Assembly: GCF_963921235.1 (NCBI RefSeq)
Contig: NC_086097.1
Location: 170,874,001 to 170,938,000, forward strand
DNA from: Mobula hypostoma
Taxonomy: Eukaryota
Direction of reading: 5' to 3'
Length of the DNA stretch: 64,000 nt
The notes beneath the pieces are model-generated. The model was not told the DNA's origin. It did not search any database and saw nothing but the letters and a program-made list of their open reading frames with translations. Numbering within the stretch: the first letter of the stretch is position 1; the number at the start of each line of letters is the position of its first letter. The position numbers were made by a program, and so were the translations under genes. Shown piece by piece: positions 39,897-52,448 of the stretch.

Positions 39897-42640
39897 TTAG
39901 AATCAGAATCAGGTTTATTATCGCCGACATTTGTTAACTTAGCAGCAGCAGTTCAATGCATAATCTAGCAGAGAGAGAAAAAAATAATAAATTAAATAAA
40001 AATAATAATAAATAAACATGTAAATCAATTACATATATTGAATAGATTTTTAAAAAAACATGCAAAAACAGAAATACTGTATATTTAAAAAAAATTGAGG
40101 TAGTGTCCAAAGATTCAATGTCCATTTAGGAATAGGATGGCAGAGGGGAAGAAGCTGTACCTGAATCGCTGAGTGTGTGTCTTCAGGTTTCTGTACCTCC
40201 TACCTGATGGTAACAGTGAGAAAAGGGCATGCCCTGGGTGCTGGATGTCCTTAATAATGGACGCTGCCTTTCTGAGACACCGCTCCCTGAAGATGTCCTG
40301 GGTACTTTGTAAGTTAGTGCCCAAGATGGAGCTGACTAGATTTACAACCTTCTGCAGCTTCTTTCGGTCTTGTGCAATTAGCCCCTCCATACCAGACAGT
40401 GATGCATTCTGTCAGAATGCTCTCCATGGTACAACTATAGAAGTTTTTGAGTGTATTTATTGACATGCCGAATCTCTTCAAACTCCAAATAAAGTATAGC
40501 TGCTGTCTTGCCTTCTTTATAACTACATCGATATGTTGGGACCAGGTTAGATCCTCAGAGATCTTGACTCCCAGGAACTTGAAACTGCTCACTCTCTTCA
40601 ATTCTGATCCCTCTATGAGGATTGGCATGTGCTCCTTCGTCTTACCCTTCCTGAAGTCCACAATCAGCTCTTTTGTGTTACTGACGTTGAGTGCCAGGTT
40701 GTTGCTGCAACACCACTCCACTAGTTGGCATATCTCACTCCTGTACGCCCTATCGTCACCACCTGAGATTCTACCAACAATGGTTGTCTCATCAGCAAAT
40801 TTGTAGATGGTATTTGAGCTATGCCTAGCCACACAGTCATGTGCATATAGAGAGTAGAGCAGTGGGCTAAGCAAACACCCCTGAGGTGCGCCAGTGTTGA
40901 ATTTGTCAGCGAAGAGGATATGTTATCACCAATCCGCACAGATTGTGGTCTTCCGGTTTGGAAGTCAAGGATCCAATTACACAAGGAGGTACAGAGGCCT
41001 AGATTCTGCAACTTCTCAATCAGGATTGTGGGAATGATGGTATTAAATGCTGAGCTATAGTTGTTGAACAGTCCTGACGTGTTGTCCAAGTGGTCTAAAG
41101 CTGTGTGGAGAGCCATTGAGATTGTCTCTGCCATTGACCTATTGTGGCAATAGGCAAATTGCAATAGGTCCAGGTCCTTGCTGAAGCAGGTGTTCGGTCT
41201 AGTCATGAACAAACTCTCAAAGCATTTAATCACTGTCGATGTGAGTGCTACCGGGCGATAGTCATGCAGACCCTACCAGAGTTGCCATGCATCTGATGTC
41301 ACCTACAACCCTGTTTGAAATTGTCTCCTCACCCTTGAAATAACCCTCTGAAAATCATATCTGGTTTTCTGGTACAGGCCTGGGTTGCCAGATTTGAATG
41401 TCACAGATCTAGCCTTCAGAAGACGACATACCTCCTGGTTCATCCATGGCTTTTGGTTTGGGAATGTACAGTAAGTCTTTGTGGCAGACACACATCCACA
41501 CAGGTTTTAAAGAAGTCAGTATGCAGCATACTCATCCAGGTTTGAAGATGAATCCCTGAATACAGTTCAGTCCACAGATTCAAAGCAGTCCTGTAGGCAC
41601 TCCTGTACTTCCCTTGTCCATACCTTCTTGGTCCTCACTGCTGGTGCCGCAGTCTTCAGTCTTTGCCTGTACTCAGGGAGTAAAAGTACAGCCAGGTGAT
41701 TGGACTTCCCGTAGTGAAGGCATGGAAAAGCACGATAGGCATTCTTGATGGTGGTGTAGCAATGGTCCAGTGTGTTATTTCCTCTGGTATTGCAAGTGAT
41801 CTGTTGATGGTAATTGCTTAGTGATTTTTTTTCTGACTGGCCTGGTTAAAATCTCCCAAAACGATGGTGAAGGTGTTAGGGTGCGCTGTTTCGTGCATGT
41901 TGACCCCATTGCTCAAGTCACTTAAAGCCTGTTTGACATTGGCCTGAGGTGGAATGTAAACTGCTACCAAAATGACCCCAGAGAACTACCGTGGTAGGTA
42001 AAGAGGACGGCACTTTACTGCTAGATATTCCAGGTCTGGTGAGCAGAATTGGGACAGCACTGATATATTTGTGCACCAAGAAGAGTTGATCATGAGGCAT
42101 ATTCCTCCACCTCTGCTTTTGAGAGACTCTATAGATCTATCCTGACGGTGTATAGTAAACCTGTCGATCTGAATCGTTGCATCCGGTATGGAAGGGGTTA
42201 ACCAGGATTCCATTAAACACAGGACACACGCGGTCCTAATGTCCCTCTAATTCAGCACCCTAGCTTTAAGATCATCGATTTTATCCACCAAATACTGCAC
42301 ATTCGCCAGTAAGATCATTGGTATAGGGAGTTTAAAACCCCATTTCCTTAAACACACTTGTAATCCCGATCTACACGCGCCTCCTCCAAAGTGTCCTCTG
42401 GGGGCACTTCCCACCACAATTAGTGTTTTTTCCCATTGGCTTTAAGCAGCGATAATTCATTTAAACGCATTAAGACATCTTTGTTAACTGTACTGACCTT
42501 GGAAGCAGTTGTGCTTTTTAGCTGTCTCAGGCTGAAATGGGAATATTTAATTGTATCGATTGAGAGTACTGCTGCTACTCGAGTCGTGCCTAGGCGCCCC
42601 GGAGAATGTGCAAGCTGCACATTGAGAGCACTGGAGTTCA
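39897..42640 (-). mobile_element. Rex1/Babar LINE, near full-length and degenerate (EN plus RT)
   Basis: ESWLTP...SRGGGICLMINSSWC (APE), [34 protein letters not shown] and SFFPSAI; (TCTGAT)n tail. Confidence 0.92.
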
Positions 42641-42964
42641 GGATTGAACTAGTGAGAATGCTTTTTGTAAGCTTTTCACTATCCGGGCGCAAGAGATCTA
42701 CAAGCTCCTTGTCATTGCCTAGTGAAATGCCCGGAGAACAGCCTTGAATCAATTCAAGAAACAACAGAAAATCTGTGATATTGTATGTTGTGTTGAATTA
42801 TTGTTATGCTGACATTCTTTAAAATCAGAGTTGTCCACAGCTCTGCGCATATGTTCTTACTTTTTTAATGATTTTCTATAATTTATTGTAATATTTTAGA
42901 GTTCTGCTTCTTTTTGAACATTTGGCCTTTACAGCTGTAACAGAGATGAAAGCTTATTGAACAC

Positions 42965-43300
42965 TTGGTGTTCTCAGCTGTAAATGATATTAGTGCTTTC
43001 ATCTCTGAGGCAGGTAGTCCTGAGTTCAATTCTTATTCCAGGCACTTGCTCAGATAGAATCAGGATAACATGCAGAAGTGAGGGAGTCAAGCACTGTCAG
43101 AAGTCTTTTGGATGAGATGTTAAGCCTATGCTCTATTTTATCTCTCAGTTGTATGCAAAGGGTCGCATAGCACTTGTTTGAGGAAGTTCTCCTCAATATC
43201 CCCGCCAACATTTATCCCTCACAAATTATCCTGGTATTATCAAATAGGTTTTGTGGGAGTTTATTGAGCGTAATCTGCCTGGCATATTTCTTACAACACA
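42965..43300 (+). mobile_element. Ancient Deu-domain SINE (SacSINE1/AmnSINE-like)
   Basis: B-box-like gagttcaattc, then gagggagtcaagcactgtcagaag-tcttttggatgagatgttaa and gccaacatttatccctca, recalled as the Deu-domain pattern. Confidence 0.6.
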
Positions 43301-43369
43301 ACAGACTGGCCTGTACATGAAGACATCCTCCAAGCTGATATAAAAACTGTGTTGATTTAAAAACAACGT

Positions 43370-43893
43370 AATGGTATTGGTTTATGATTGTCACACGTAC
43401 CAAGACACAGTAAAATAAGCTTTGTTTGACACACAATCCATACAGATCATTTCAAAACATCAGTACATCAAGGTAGTACAAGGGAAAAGCAGTATGAGGA
43501 TGCAGGATATGGTGTGGCAGTTATAGAGAAAATGTCGTGTAAATAGACCAGAAGGTGCCACAGCCACAACAAAGTAAGTTGTAAGATCACGAATTTATCT
43601 TCATCATGCAAGAGTCTTATAACAGCAGGTGAGCAGCTGTCTTTGAGCCTAGTGTAATGAGTTTTCAAGATTCAGTATCTTCCCTGATGGAAGTAGGGTG
43701 AAGAGAACATGTCTGAGCTGGGTGGGGTTTCCGATGACGTTAGCTGCTCTTTTGAGGCAATAGGAAGTGTAGACAGAGTCCATGGAGGGGTAGCTGATTT
43801 TCTTAATAGACTGGGCTGCATTCACAATTTTCTGCACTTCCCTGTGGTCTTGGGCAGACTAGTTGCCATACCAAGCAGTGACACTCCCAGACA
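43370..43893 (-). mobile_element. Rex1-type LINE 3' fragment ending at the branch point of the 43920 exon
   Basis: ORF 43649..43837(-) QKIVNAAQSI...CLKRAANVI...LFTLLPSG resembles ORF 40115..40390. Confidence 0.75.
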
Positions 43894-43919
43894 CTAATCT
43901 TTCCTTGTCCTTTGAACAG

Positions 43920-44041
43920 AGAATCCTGCACAAGTTGGAAGGGGATCGGTTCACATTAGCTTGGTGGATGTCAATGACAACGTCCCTGAATTTCCAATGG
44001 AGTACGAAACATTTGTTTGTGAAAATACCAACCATGGCAAG
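43920..44041 (+). CDS. CDH7: CDH7-like internal exon, EC4/EC5 linker, 122 bp
   Basis: Branch-like ACTAAT at 43893-43898, pyrimidine tract, acceptor aacAG, donor AAG|GTAAGG. Translates (Q)NPAQVGRGSVHISLVDVNDNVPEFPMEYETFVCENTNHGK, with the DxNDN Ca2+ motif. Confidence 0.93.
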
Positions 44042-44454
44042 GTAAGGAAATTCATTCCCAATCATATAATATTCTTTGGCAGAAGAAGCTGATCTGGCTT
44101 TCCCCATTTCTGATCTCTCCTCCCTATAATCAGCTGATGTAGAGGACCAGCCTTGCTGATTAAATCTCATCCTCAACAATGCAGCGGTAAAAGCTATAAT
44201 AGTTTTCCTATGTAGCGGTTCTTAAACATATTATACAAGAACATTTAGAGACAATTCTTTAAAAGCTATTACCATAGAGTAAATAACTAAGTAATAAATC
44301 CATAAAAAATAAAGACTAACAATAGCTTAAAACACAAATAATAACATAGAATAAAATAATAAATAATAAAGTACCTGTTTTTTCTCTTTCCATGCTCATC
44401 GAATGGTCTACAATACTTGCTGAATATTTGAAGTGTTGTGCTCAGTTTTGTTTA

Positions 44455-44940
44455 CCCTGCTATCAGATAGATGCCATTAAGCTGGAAAGAGTGTGGAAGA
44501 GATTTACAAGGTTGTTGTGAGGACTCTAGGAAGTTATGAAGAGTCGTTGAGCAGGCTGGGACTTTATTCGTTTATTAGAGAATATGGAGTGATCTGAGAG
44601 AGTGTCTGAAATCATAAGGGGCATAAATAGTGTAAATGCATATAATCTCTTCCCTGGGATTGGTGAATCGAGATCTGGAGGGCATAGGCTTACTGTAAGT
44701 TAAGAGGTGAGAAGTAATAGGAAGCTGAGGACTGGAGGGAGGTTAGTGTATGGAATGAACTGCCGGAGCAAGTGGTTGAGGCAGGTACATTAACAACATT
44801 TAAAAGGCACTTGAATAGGAATAGTTAAAGGCATATGAGCCAAATGCATGCAAATGGAAATAGATTGAACAGGAACCTTGGTCAGCATGGACCATTTTGG
44901 CCAAAAGGCCTTTTTCTCTGCCGTACGGCTTTATGGCTGT
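44455..44940 (+). mobile_element. CR1 3' fragment
   Basis: gccattaagctggaaagagtg...gtggttgaggcaggtaca...; CR1-type 3' end. Confidence 0.7.
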
Positions 44941-47142
44941 AGTGGGATCCGAGAGGTGATCTCTCTGAGCAGTGCTGTGGAGCTGCAGCAGGGCTGTGCT
45001 TCATTGCCCATGAGACTATCACCTGCCCAATCTGCTTCAAGGTATTTATGGAATGTGATTACAGTTTACACAGGCTGTGGTTTGATCCATTGAAATCGGT
45101 GCCGTCTTAACCCTCTCTGCTGAAGTCTCATCTCTGAGTCACTCCTCCGTTAGTTCACGTCCTCTGCTAGTCCCTAAACACAAAGTTCTCTGGGAAGAGC
45201 CTCTAGATTCCCATTATCCTGCCTCCTGCAACACCCATTCTCAGAGTGCCTTAGAATTTTAGATTCTATCCTTTCTGTTACAGTCTCCTCCCACCAGAAG
45301 AAATAATTTCTGTGGATCAACTTGACACAACTGTAGGAACAAGGGGAAAGAATAGAACAATTGGCCCTTTAAGCTTCCAATTGTGTCAGTGTCCAAAAAT
45401 GTACGGAGCACCACAGCCCTTGAATCCCTTATTTTCTATTCATTTTACAAGACAAGGGCATTGCTGATAACCTATCATCTTGCACACCTCCACTATATCA
45501 CCTTTTAATCACTGGCTTCTTGGAAGCAAGCTGTCCTCATAGTTTTACACTATAATATTTTCAAACTTCTGCAGTTAGTCTACTGGACAAATCAACCTCC
45601 TTCCCAATTGGTTTTATAATTAAATACTTTCCAGTTGAAACATATCTACTCAATTTATTTCATGGTAAGGAGGGGCAGAAAGCTATACAGCACAGAAGAT
45701 AGGACCTTCAACCCAACTAGTCCATGCCAACCAAGTTCCTACCTGAGCAAATCCCATTTGCCTGCATTCTGCCCAAATCCCTCTCAACCTTTCCTATTCA
45801 TGTACCTGTTTAAATGTCTTCTAAATCTTGTAATGTACCCACCCCTACAACTTTCTCTGGCAGCCTGTTCAATATAACAACCATCCTCCCTCTGTCTGAG
45901 AAACTTGCTCCTCAGATCCCCTTTAAATCTTTCCTTTCTCACTTTAATTTTACGCCATTGAGAAAAAGACTGTAAAAATAAATTTTGTCTATGCCCCTTA
46001 TGATTTCATAAACTTGTATGGGGTCACCCCTCAGCCACCTTCACTCCAGGGAAAACAATGCTAGCCTTTCCAGACTTTCCTTATATATTTCAACTCCTCC
46101 AGTCCCAGAAATATCCTTTGAAATCTTGTCTTCATTGACTCATTATCAGGAAGAGTGTCTCAGTGATGGCACCAGCATTGGCTGAATCAGAAGTGTGTGT
46201 GCAAAACTCACACAGTTCCCCAAAAAATAAGGCAGAAAGGTTTCCATGATCTGTGCTTTTGTCTGCAGTCAATATGTGGGGCAGTGGAAAAACACTGCAG
46301 CTTTCAATCCTTGTCATTCAATGATTGCTGGATCCTTTACTGCTTCGCAAGATCACAAGGAGGTATAATTAGATTAAATCATAGGGCTCTGTGGATATGA
46401 TAGTAATTTAAATTAAGGAATATTCGTTTGAAGCAAATTAAAAATTAACTTGCCAAGTGAAAGATGAACTTGCAGCTTTAAAAGAAATCAGGAAGCTTTT
46501 ATTTGCTGTGATCGCAATTAGAATAAAAGAAATCTAGAAAATAGACCATGAAAGACCATTCAAAATTAGTTATCATGACAGTTCCATTATATGCCCAGAA
46601 AATCCATTATACAGCAATTCTCTACATGTGGAATGAAGATAAATATTATAAGCTTAATTTAATATTCCCTATGCAATGAAAGTAAGACCTGATTTAATAT
46701 CAGGTCTTTTGTGACCTTTAGACCTTCCAAAGCATTTCACGGTCAAATTAAGTATATTGGGTGTGCAGACATTGTTGTAATGTAGAAAACAAGTAAGATC
46801 TTTTACTCAAATCTTTGTCCTCTGGTTATGGACCCTTCCACTATGGGAACAGCTTTTTTTTAATTTATTTTACCGAAATTCTTCATCATTTTTTCATGAT
46901 CTTCAGTTCCTCTGTTGTGCCAGGGTCAAGGTTTTAGATTTGTGGATCATTGGGACCTCTTCTAGGGCAGTATGACCAGTACAAAAGGACAAGATACACC
47001 TGAACTGAAGGGGGACTAAAATCCTTGTGGGCATGTTTGCTAGAGCTATAGGGGAGGGTTTAAGCTAATTTGGCAAGGGTATGGGAACCAGAGTGATAGT
47101 TTAGAAGATGGGGTAGTTGATGTAAAGGTAGATGTAGTGTGT

Positions 47143-47828
47143 GTCCAAGGAAGACTACATTGTGCAGGGTGGTGTGTCTTTTTTTAATGAGGCCGAGTTC
47201 CGAGCTCGACATCAACCCGGCGCGGATGGAGAGCGCGCTCAGGGGCGGTCAGTCACTGGATCGAAATTGGGAATCTCCGTTCTCGAGCCTGGCGCTGACC
47301 TCACTGCACCACCAGCTGACCTTTTACAATGTAACCAGTGTGTGAAAGATATTAAAGTGGAAAAGCCTTGCACAGAGACGATCCCACTCTCTTGGCCTCA
47401 GAAGTCAGGATCCAGTGGCATGAAGAATCGTTATGTCTGGCAACTTCCTTGGCTGCATTGGATGGCCGCGTCTTCTTAAGTGCTCTGCCGCACCCTACGC
47501 ACTCCACAGTGCGCTGCTGCAACGCCTTCTCAGCCGTTGAATCCCCGGGGTTTCCTCCGCCTGATCCACCGAAGCAGTCTTCGCATGCTGGGATGAGCAA
47601 ATTCCTATCTCACCAAGGGTTTCAGACCTGTTGGCTACCCTCACCTGCTTTAGCCGGGCTGTCGAAGCCATTGCCCGGGGTGTGGCTGCTGTTGCATACA
47701 AACAGCTTCAAGGAGCCACAGGTGAGAGCTGGGCGTTGGTGGGGACCAATAGATGACGAGCCACTCCAAGGAGTGCGACAAGCCCCCCATCTAGAGGTGC
47801 TACCCCTCTCATGCACCCCATGCACCTC
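47143..47828 (-). mobile_element. GC-rich non-autonomous retroelement with an internal tRNA-like promoter
   Basis: Flanked by GATG(T/C)AGTGTGT (47131-47142 and 47829-47840). Minus-strand A-box-like TGGTGCAGTGAGG and B-box-like TTTCGATCC from about 47321. Confidence 0.7.
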
Positions 47829-48240
47829 GATGCAGTGTGTAGATAAGGCATAATTGCAGTCAGTTGGATGGGTTGAAATGTGTCACTTTTAGTACAAGGA
47901 ATATCAGGAACAAGGGTGATAAAATTAAAGCATTGATCAGTACATGGAACTACGGTGTTGTGGGCATTGTAGAGACCTTACCGTCACAAGGGCATGAATG
48001 GCTGTTGGATGTTCTGGGGTTTGTATGTTTCAAAAGAGTCAGGGACGGAGGTAAAGGAGGTGGAAGAGTAGCATTGCTAATCAAGGACAGTCTCACAGCT
48101 GCAGGAAGGGGGGACATCATTCATTGAATCACTGTGGATGGATGTTACAAATAGGAAGCAAGCAATCACTCTATTAGGAGTATTCTATAAATTCCCCCCC
48201 AGTGGCAACAGGGTCTCTGAGGTGCTGATCGGGAGGCAGA

Positions 48241-48910
48241 GCAAATGGTTCAATTTAATATCAGAGAACGTATACAATATACAGCCTGAAATTCTTACTC
48301 TTTTGCAGACATTAAGATGCCAAAACCCCTCCCTACCCACCCACAAGCAGCTGCCAAAGTATTGACTCCCCCCTCCCCCCAATGCAACAGCAAAAGCACT
48401 GCCCCCCCCATGCAAGGAATAGCAAAAGCCCTGAAAGAGACCTTGATCTAGAGTCGATCAAAAACTATAGTCCATAACCCAGCATTTTGGTATCTCAGGC
48501 TCTCTCTCACCAATAAGGGAGAGAGAGAGATCACACCAGCAACAACAAAAACAAGAGACCAGCAACTCGCTGTTCCAATGTTTCAATCTTTAACGTTACT
48601 TCTTTGAGCCCCTTGACTAGAGGACTGACAGGCTTTCGTGAGAGAGAGGGAGGGGGGGAAAAGAAAGAGAAAAGAAGAAAAACAACTGCGTCTTCTTCCA
48701 ACAGCAGCACACACTGACTGTTGTCCCGATGTTTCACTCTCCCACGACACTTCAGTCATTGACATCGGCAAGGAACCAGCTGTCTAGGGGGCCGCACTCT
48801 GAAGCTGCACGTCTTCCAGTCCACTCCTAGAGATACCAAAATGCCAGGCCACATAGCCATTGCAAATACCCACCGCTTGCAGAGAACCATAGTTTGAGCT
48901 GTAGCTGTAG
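48241..48910. mobile_element. Unclassified insertion in the CR1 endonuclease region
   Basis: Host CR1 stops at gggaggcaga and resumes at atattggaaaggtacaaaaataa. Confidence 0.6.
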
Positions 48911-50434
48911 ATATTGGAAAGGTACAAAAATAAATGTGCTGTTATCATGAGTGACCAATTTCCCTGATGTTGTTTGGCACCTCCTTAGTACAAAATGCAT
49001 AGATGGGGCGGAACTTATTAGGTGTGTCCAGGATGGATTCCTGACATAATAAGCAGAATTTGGGAGCAAAAATTAGAAATGCATGTACTCAGGGGAAATG
49101 GACAAAGGAAATGTGCAGGTTGTTTAGGGAGCACTTGCATGGGGTTTTGGATAATATGTCCCTTTGAGGCAAGGAAAGGGTAGAAGGGTGAGGAAATAGG
49201 TAGTCAAAAAGAAATAGAAGCATACTTAGGATTTAGAAAGCAAGGACCAGACAGGGCTCTAGAGAGTTAAAAGGTAGCCAGGAAGGAGATTAAGAATGGA
49301 CGTGGGAGAGCCAGAAGGGGTCATAAGAAGATATTGGTGAGTAGGATTAAGGAAAACAACAAGGCATTCTACATGTACATGAGGAACAAGAGGATGACCA
49401 GAGTAAAGGCAGAGCGATCAAGGAAAAAAGAAGGAACATGCACTTGTAGTCAGAGGTGATAGGGGAAGTCCCTGATGAATACTTTGCTTTGATTTTCACC
49501 ATTGAGATGGACCTTAATGAACGCAAGGACTATATAAAACAAGCTGATCTGCTGGAAGATGTTGATGTTAAGAAACTGTATTAATGTTCAAAAACTTCAG
49601 GATAGATAAGTCCCCAGGGCTGGATATACCTCGTGATATTACGGGAGGTGAGGGAGGAGGTTGCTGCATCTTTGGTGATGATTTTTGCATCTTCACTGGA
49701 TGTAGTACCAATAGATTTGAAGGAGGCAAATGTTATGTCTTTGTTCATGAAAGGAAGTAGGGATAATCCTGGGAATTATAGAACTGAATCTTCTGGTAGT
49801 GGTTGGAAAAATATTGGAGAGGATTCTGAGAAACAAGATGTGCAAGTATTTGGAGAAGCACAGTCTAATTAGGAATAGTCAGTGTGGCTTTGAGAAGGGC
49901 AGTTGGTGCCTTACAAGGCTGATTGAATTCATTGAGGATGTGACAATGCACATTGATGAAAGTGGAGCAATGACTGTGGTGTATATGGATTTTACTAAGG
50001 CATTTAATTAGGTACCCCATTAGGCTCATTCAGAAAATCAAGAGGCAGGGTCCAGGGTAACTTCGCTGTGAGGATCCAGAAATAGCTTGCTGACAGAAAG
50101 CAGAGGGCAGTGGGAGATGGTGCATATAGATTCGGCCGAGGGGTTGGTGACCAGTGATGTTGTGCAGGGATCTGTCCCGGGACCCCTGTTCTTTGTGATT
50201 TTTATAAATTACTTGAATGAAGAAGTTGAAGAGTGAGCTAGGAAATTTGCAGTTGACACGCAGGTAGGTGGTGTTGTGGTAGGTAGAAGGCTGTTGCAGG
50301 ATACAACAGGACATTGACATGATGCCGAGCTAGGCAGAGAAGGGGATGATGGAGTTGAGTTTGGAAAACTCTGAAATGAAACATTTTGGAAGGTTGAACC
50401 TGAAGACAGAGTACACAGTTAAAGGAAGGTTTCT

Positions 50435-51834
50435 GTGTGTGACATTGACCGAACAATCATGTATACTCTTTAAACACTCATCCCAGACCTCCTCTGTCAG
50501 TTCTATACCCAATTCATCCACCCATGCCTGTTTAAAACCTGCAGTATTCACCTGAGCTCCATTATGTAGGATCTGATAAAAATAGGATACGGCACTACGA
50601 GTAACAGGATCAAATTTATTTATTGCCTCATGTTTGGGGCTCATGTTTGTCTAAAACTAAATTAGGTATATATTTCCTAACATAATCTCAAATTTGTAAA
50701 TATCTAAAAAAAACTAGATGCAGGGATATTGTAAAATGCTTGTAACTGCGCAAATGAGGCAAATTTCCATTAATATATAGGTCACCTACACTACAGATGC
50801 CTCTCTGTTTCGAGGTAGAAAGAAACAGTATCATTCAGGCCAGGCAAAAAGGAATGACTGTCACAAATCGGAGTGTCAATATAAGTTTTTGGAGCTTTAA
50901 TGTGTAGTTGTATCTGCTTCCAAATTCTTATATTGTTGCCAACCACGAAGCTGTCACTAAAATGTGACTTATTAAACTGCAGTGGGGCTATTAAGGAGAG
51001 CTGGTAAGGAAGTCTTCTTACAAAGCATTCACTCTATGAGTAACCACGCTGGGCACGAGTCTTAGGTAGAGGGTGGGCCTTTTTTCCACCATGCGAGAAT
51101 GGATAGGTGGGCAGCCCAGTAATACATTTTAACGTTCGGTAGGGCAAAATCACCCGCTTCCTTGGGCTTTGACAAGTGTTTTTTAGTAATTCTAATACAG
51201 TTGTACAGTTTGAAACAATACATAGACTCCATTATTCCAAAAAAAAGTTGCACAGTTTCTACCCTGATGTTTCACCAGTTTGTAATAGATGTAAATCTGT
51301 GAACAGTAATTTGTCACGTTCATTCTGGTCATGTTGTAAGCTTTATGCATACTGGGAAAATATTTTTCACTGTTTCTCTGAGGCTTTTGGGAAGCGCTGG
51401 GAACCAGACCCGCTCATAGCCATCCTGGGAGTAACAAGCTCCCTATCTTCAGCCAATATGTATGAAAAATGGCTGTATTATTTGGAATGGTGATTGCTAA
51501 GAAGTTAATCCTGCAAATGTGGAAAATGGACTCTGTGCCTATGTACGATCTGTGGCTGAGAGAACTGGCAAATACTTCACATTTGGAGAGACTGAGACTA
51601 TATAATGAGGACAGAAGGGTCATCTTTGAAAGGATATGGGGCCCTGTACTGGACTTTCTCATGGGGTGAGGACTGAGGTTTTGTGGTGCGGTGCACCTCT
51701 GCTACGTATGTTTACTTGTGCCTTTATATTTTTCTCCCTTTTGCCGCTCAATATTTAATTTGATTTTGTTATGATTGTGGTTTTTGTGGATGTGCTGTAT
51801 TTTTGTTTGTATGTAATAAATAAAAATAAATAAT
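50435..51834 (+). mobile_element. L1-clade LINE, 5'-truncated with a 5' inversion
   Basis: The inverted part (50435 to about 51198) encodes KPKEAGDFALPNVKMYYWAA...WDECLKSIHDCSVNVTHR on the minus strand. The sense part continues VVQFETIHRLHY...CNRC...FWSC...IWGPVLDFL to an A-rich tail. TSD TTAAAG(G/C)AAGGTTTCT. Confidence 0.92.
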
Positions 51835-52448
51835 TTAAAGCAAGGTTTCTTAGCAATGTGGAGGAATAGAGCGATCTTGGGGTTCATGTCCATAAATCCC
51901 TCAAAGTTACAGCATAAATTAATAGAGTTGTTCAGAAAATGTATGATGTGTTGGCCTTCGTTAGTTGGGCAATTGAGTTCAAGGGCTACAAGGTAATGTT
52001 GCACGTCTACAAAACTCTAGTGGTGTTCTGTTCTGAAGAATGTGGAATCTTTAGAGAGGGTGCAGGGGAGATTTCCCAGAATGCAGCCTGGATTAGAGAA
52101 CATGTTTTATGAGAATAGGTTGAGTGAGCTAAGGGCTTTTCTCTTCAGAGCAAAGGAGGATGAGAGGTGACTTCATACAGGTGTATGAGATGATAAGAGG
52201 CATAAATAGAGTGGATAGCCAGATACTTTTTCCTGAAGTAGAAATGACTAATATGAGAGGGCATAATTTTAAGGTGATTGGAGAAAAGTATAGGGGGATG
52301 TCAGAGGTAGGTATTTTACACAGAGTGCATGGAACACATTGTCAGGCATGTTGACAGAGTAAGATACGTTAGAGACATTTAAAAAAACTCCTAGATAGGC
52401 CCTTGAATGAAAGAAAAATGGAGGGCAGTGTAGGATAGAAGGGTTAGA

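Noticed and set aside
47139..47853. Overlapping ORFs of 67-161 aa
   Set aside because: GC-rich repeat insert with no recognisable protein motifs.
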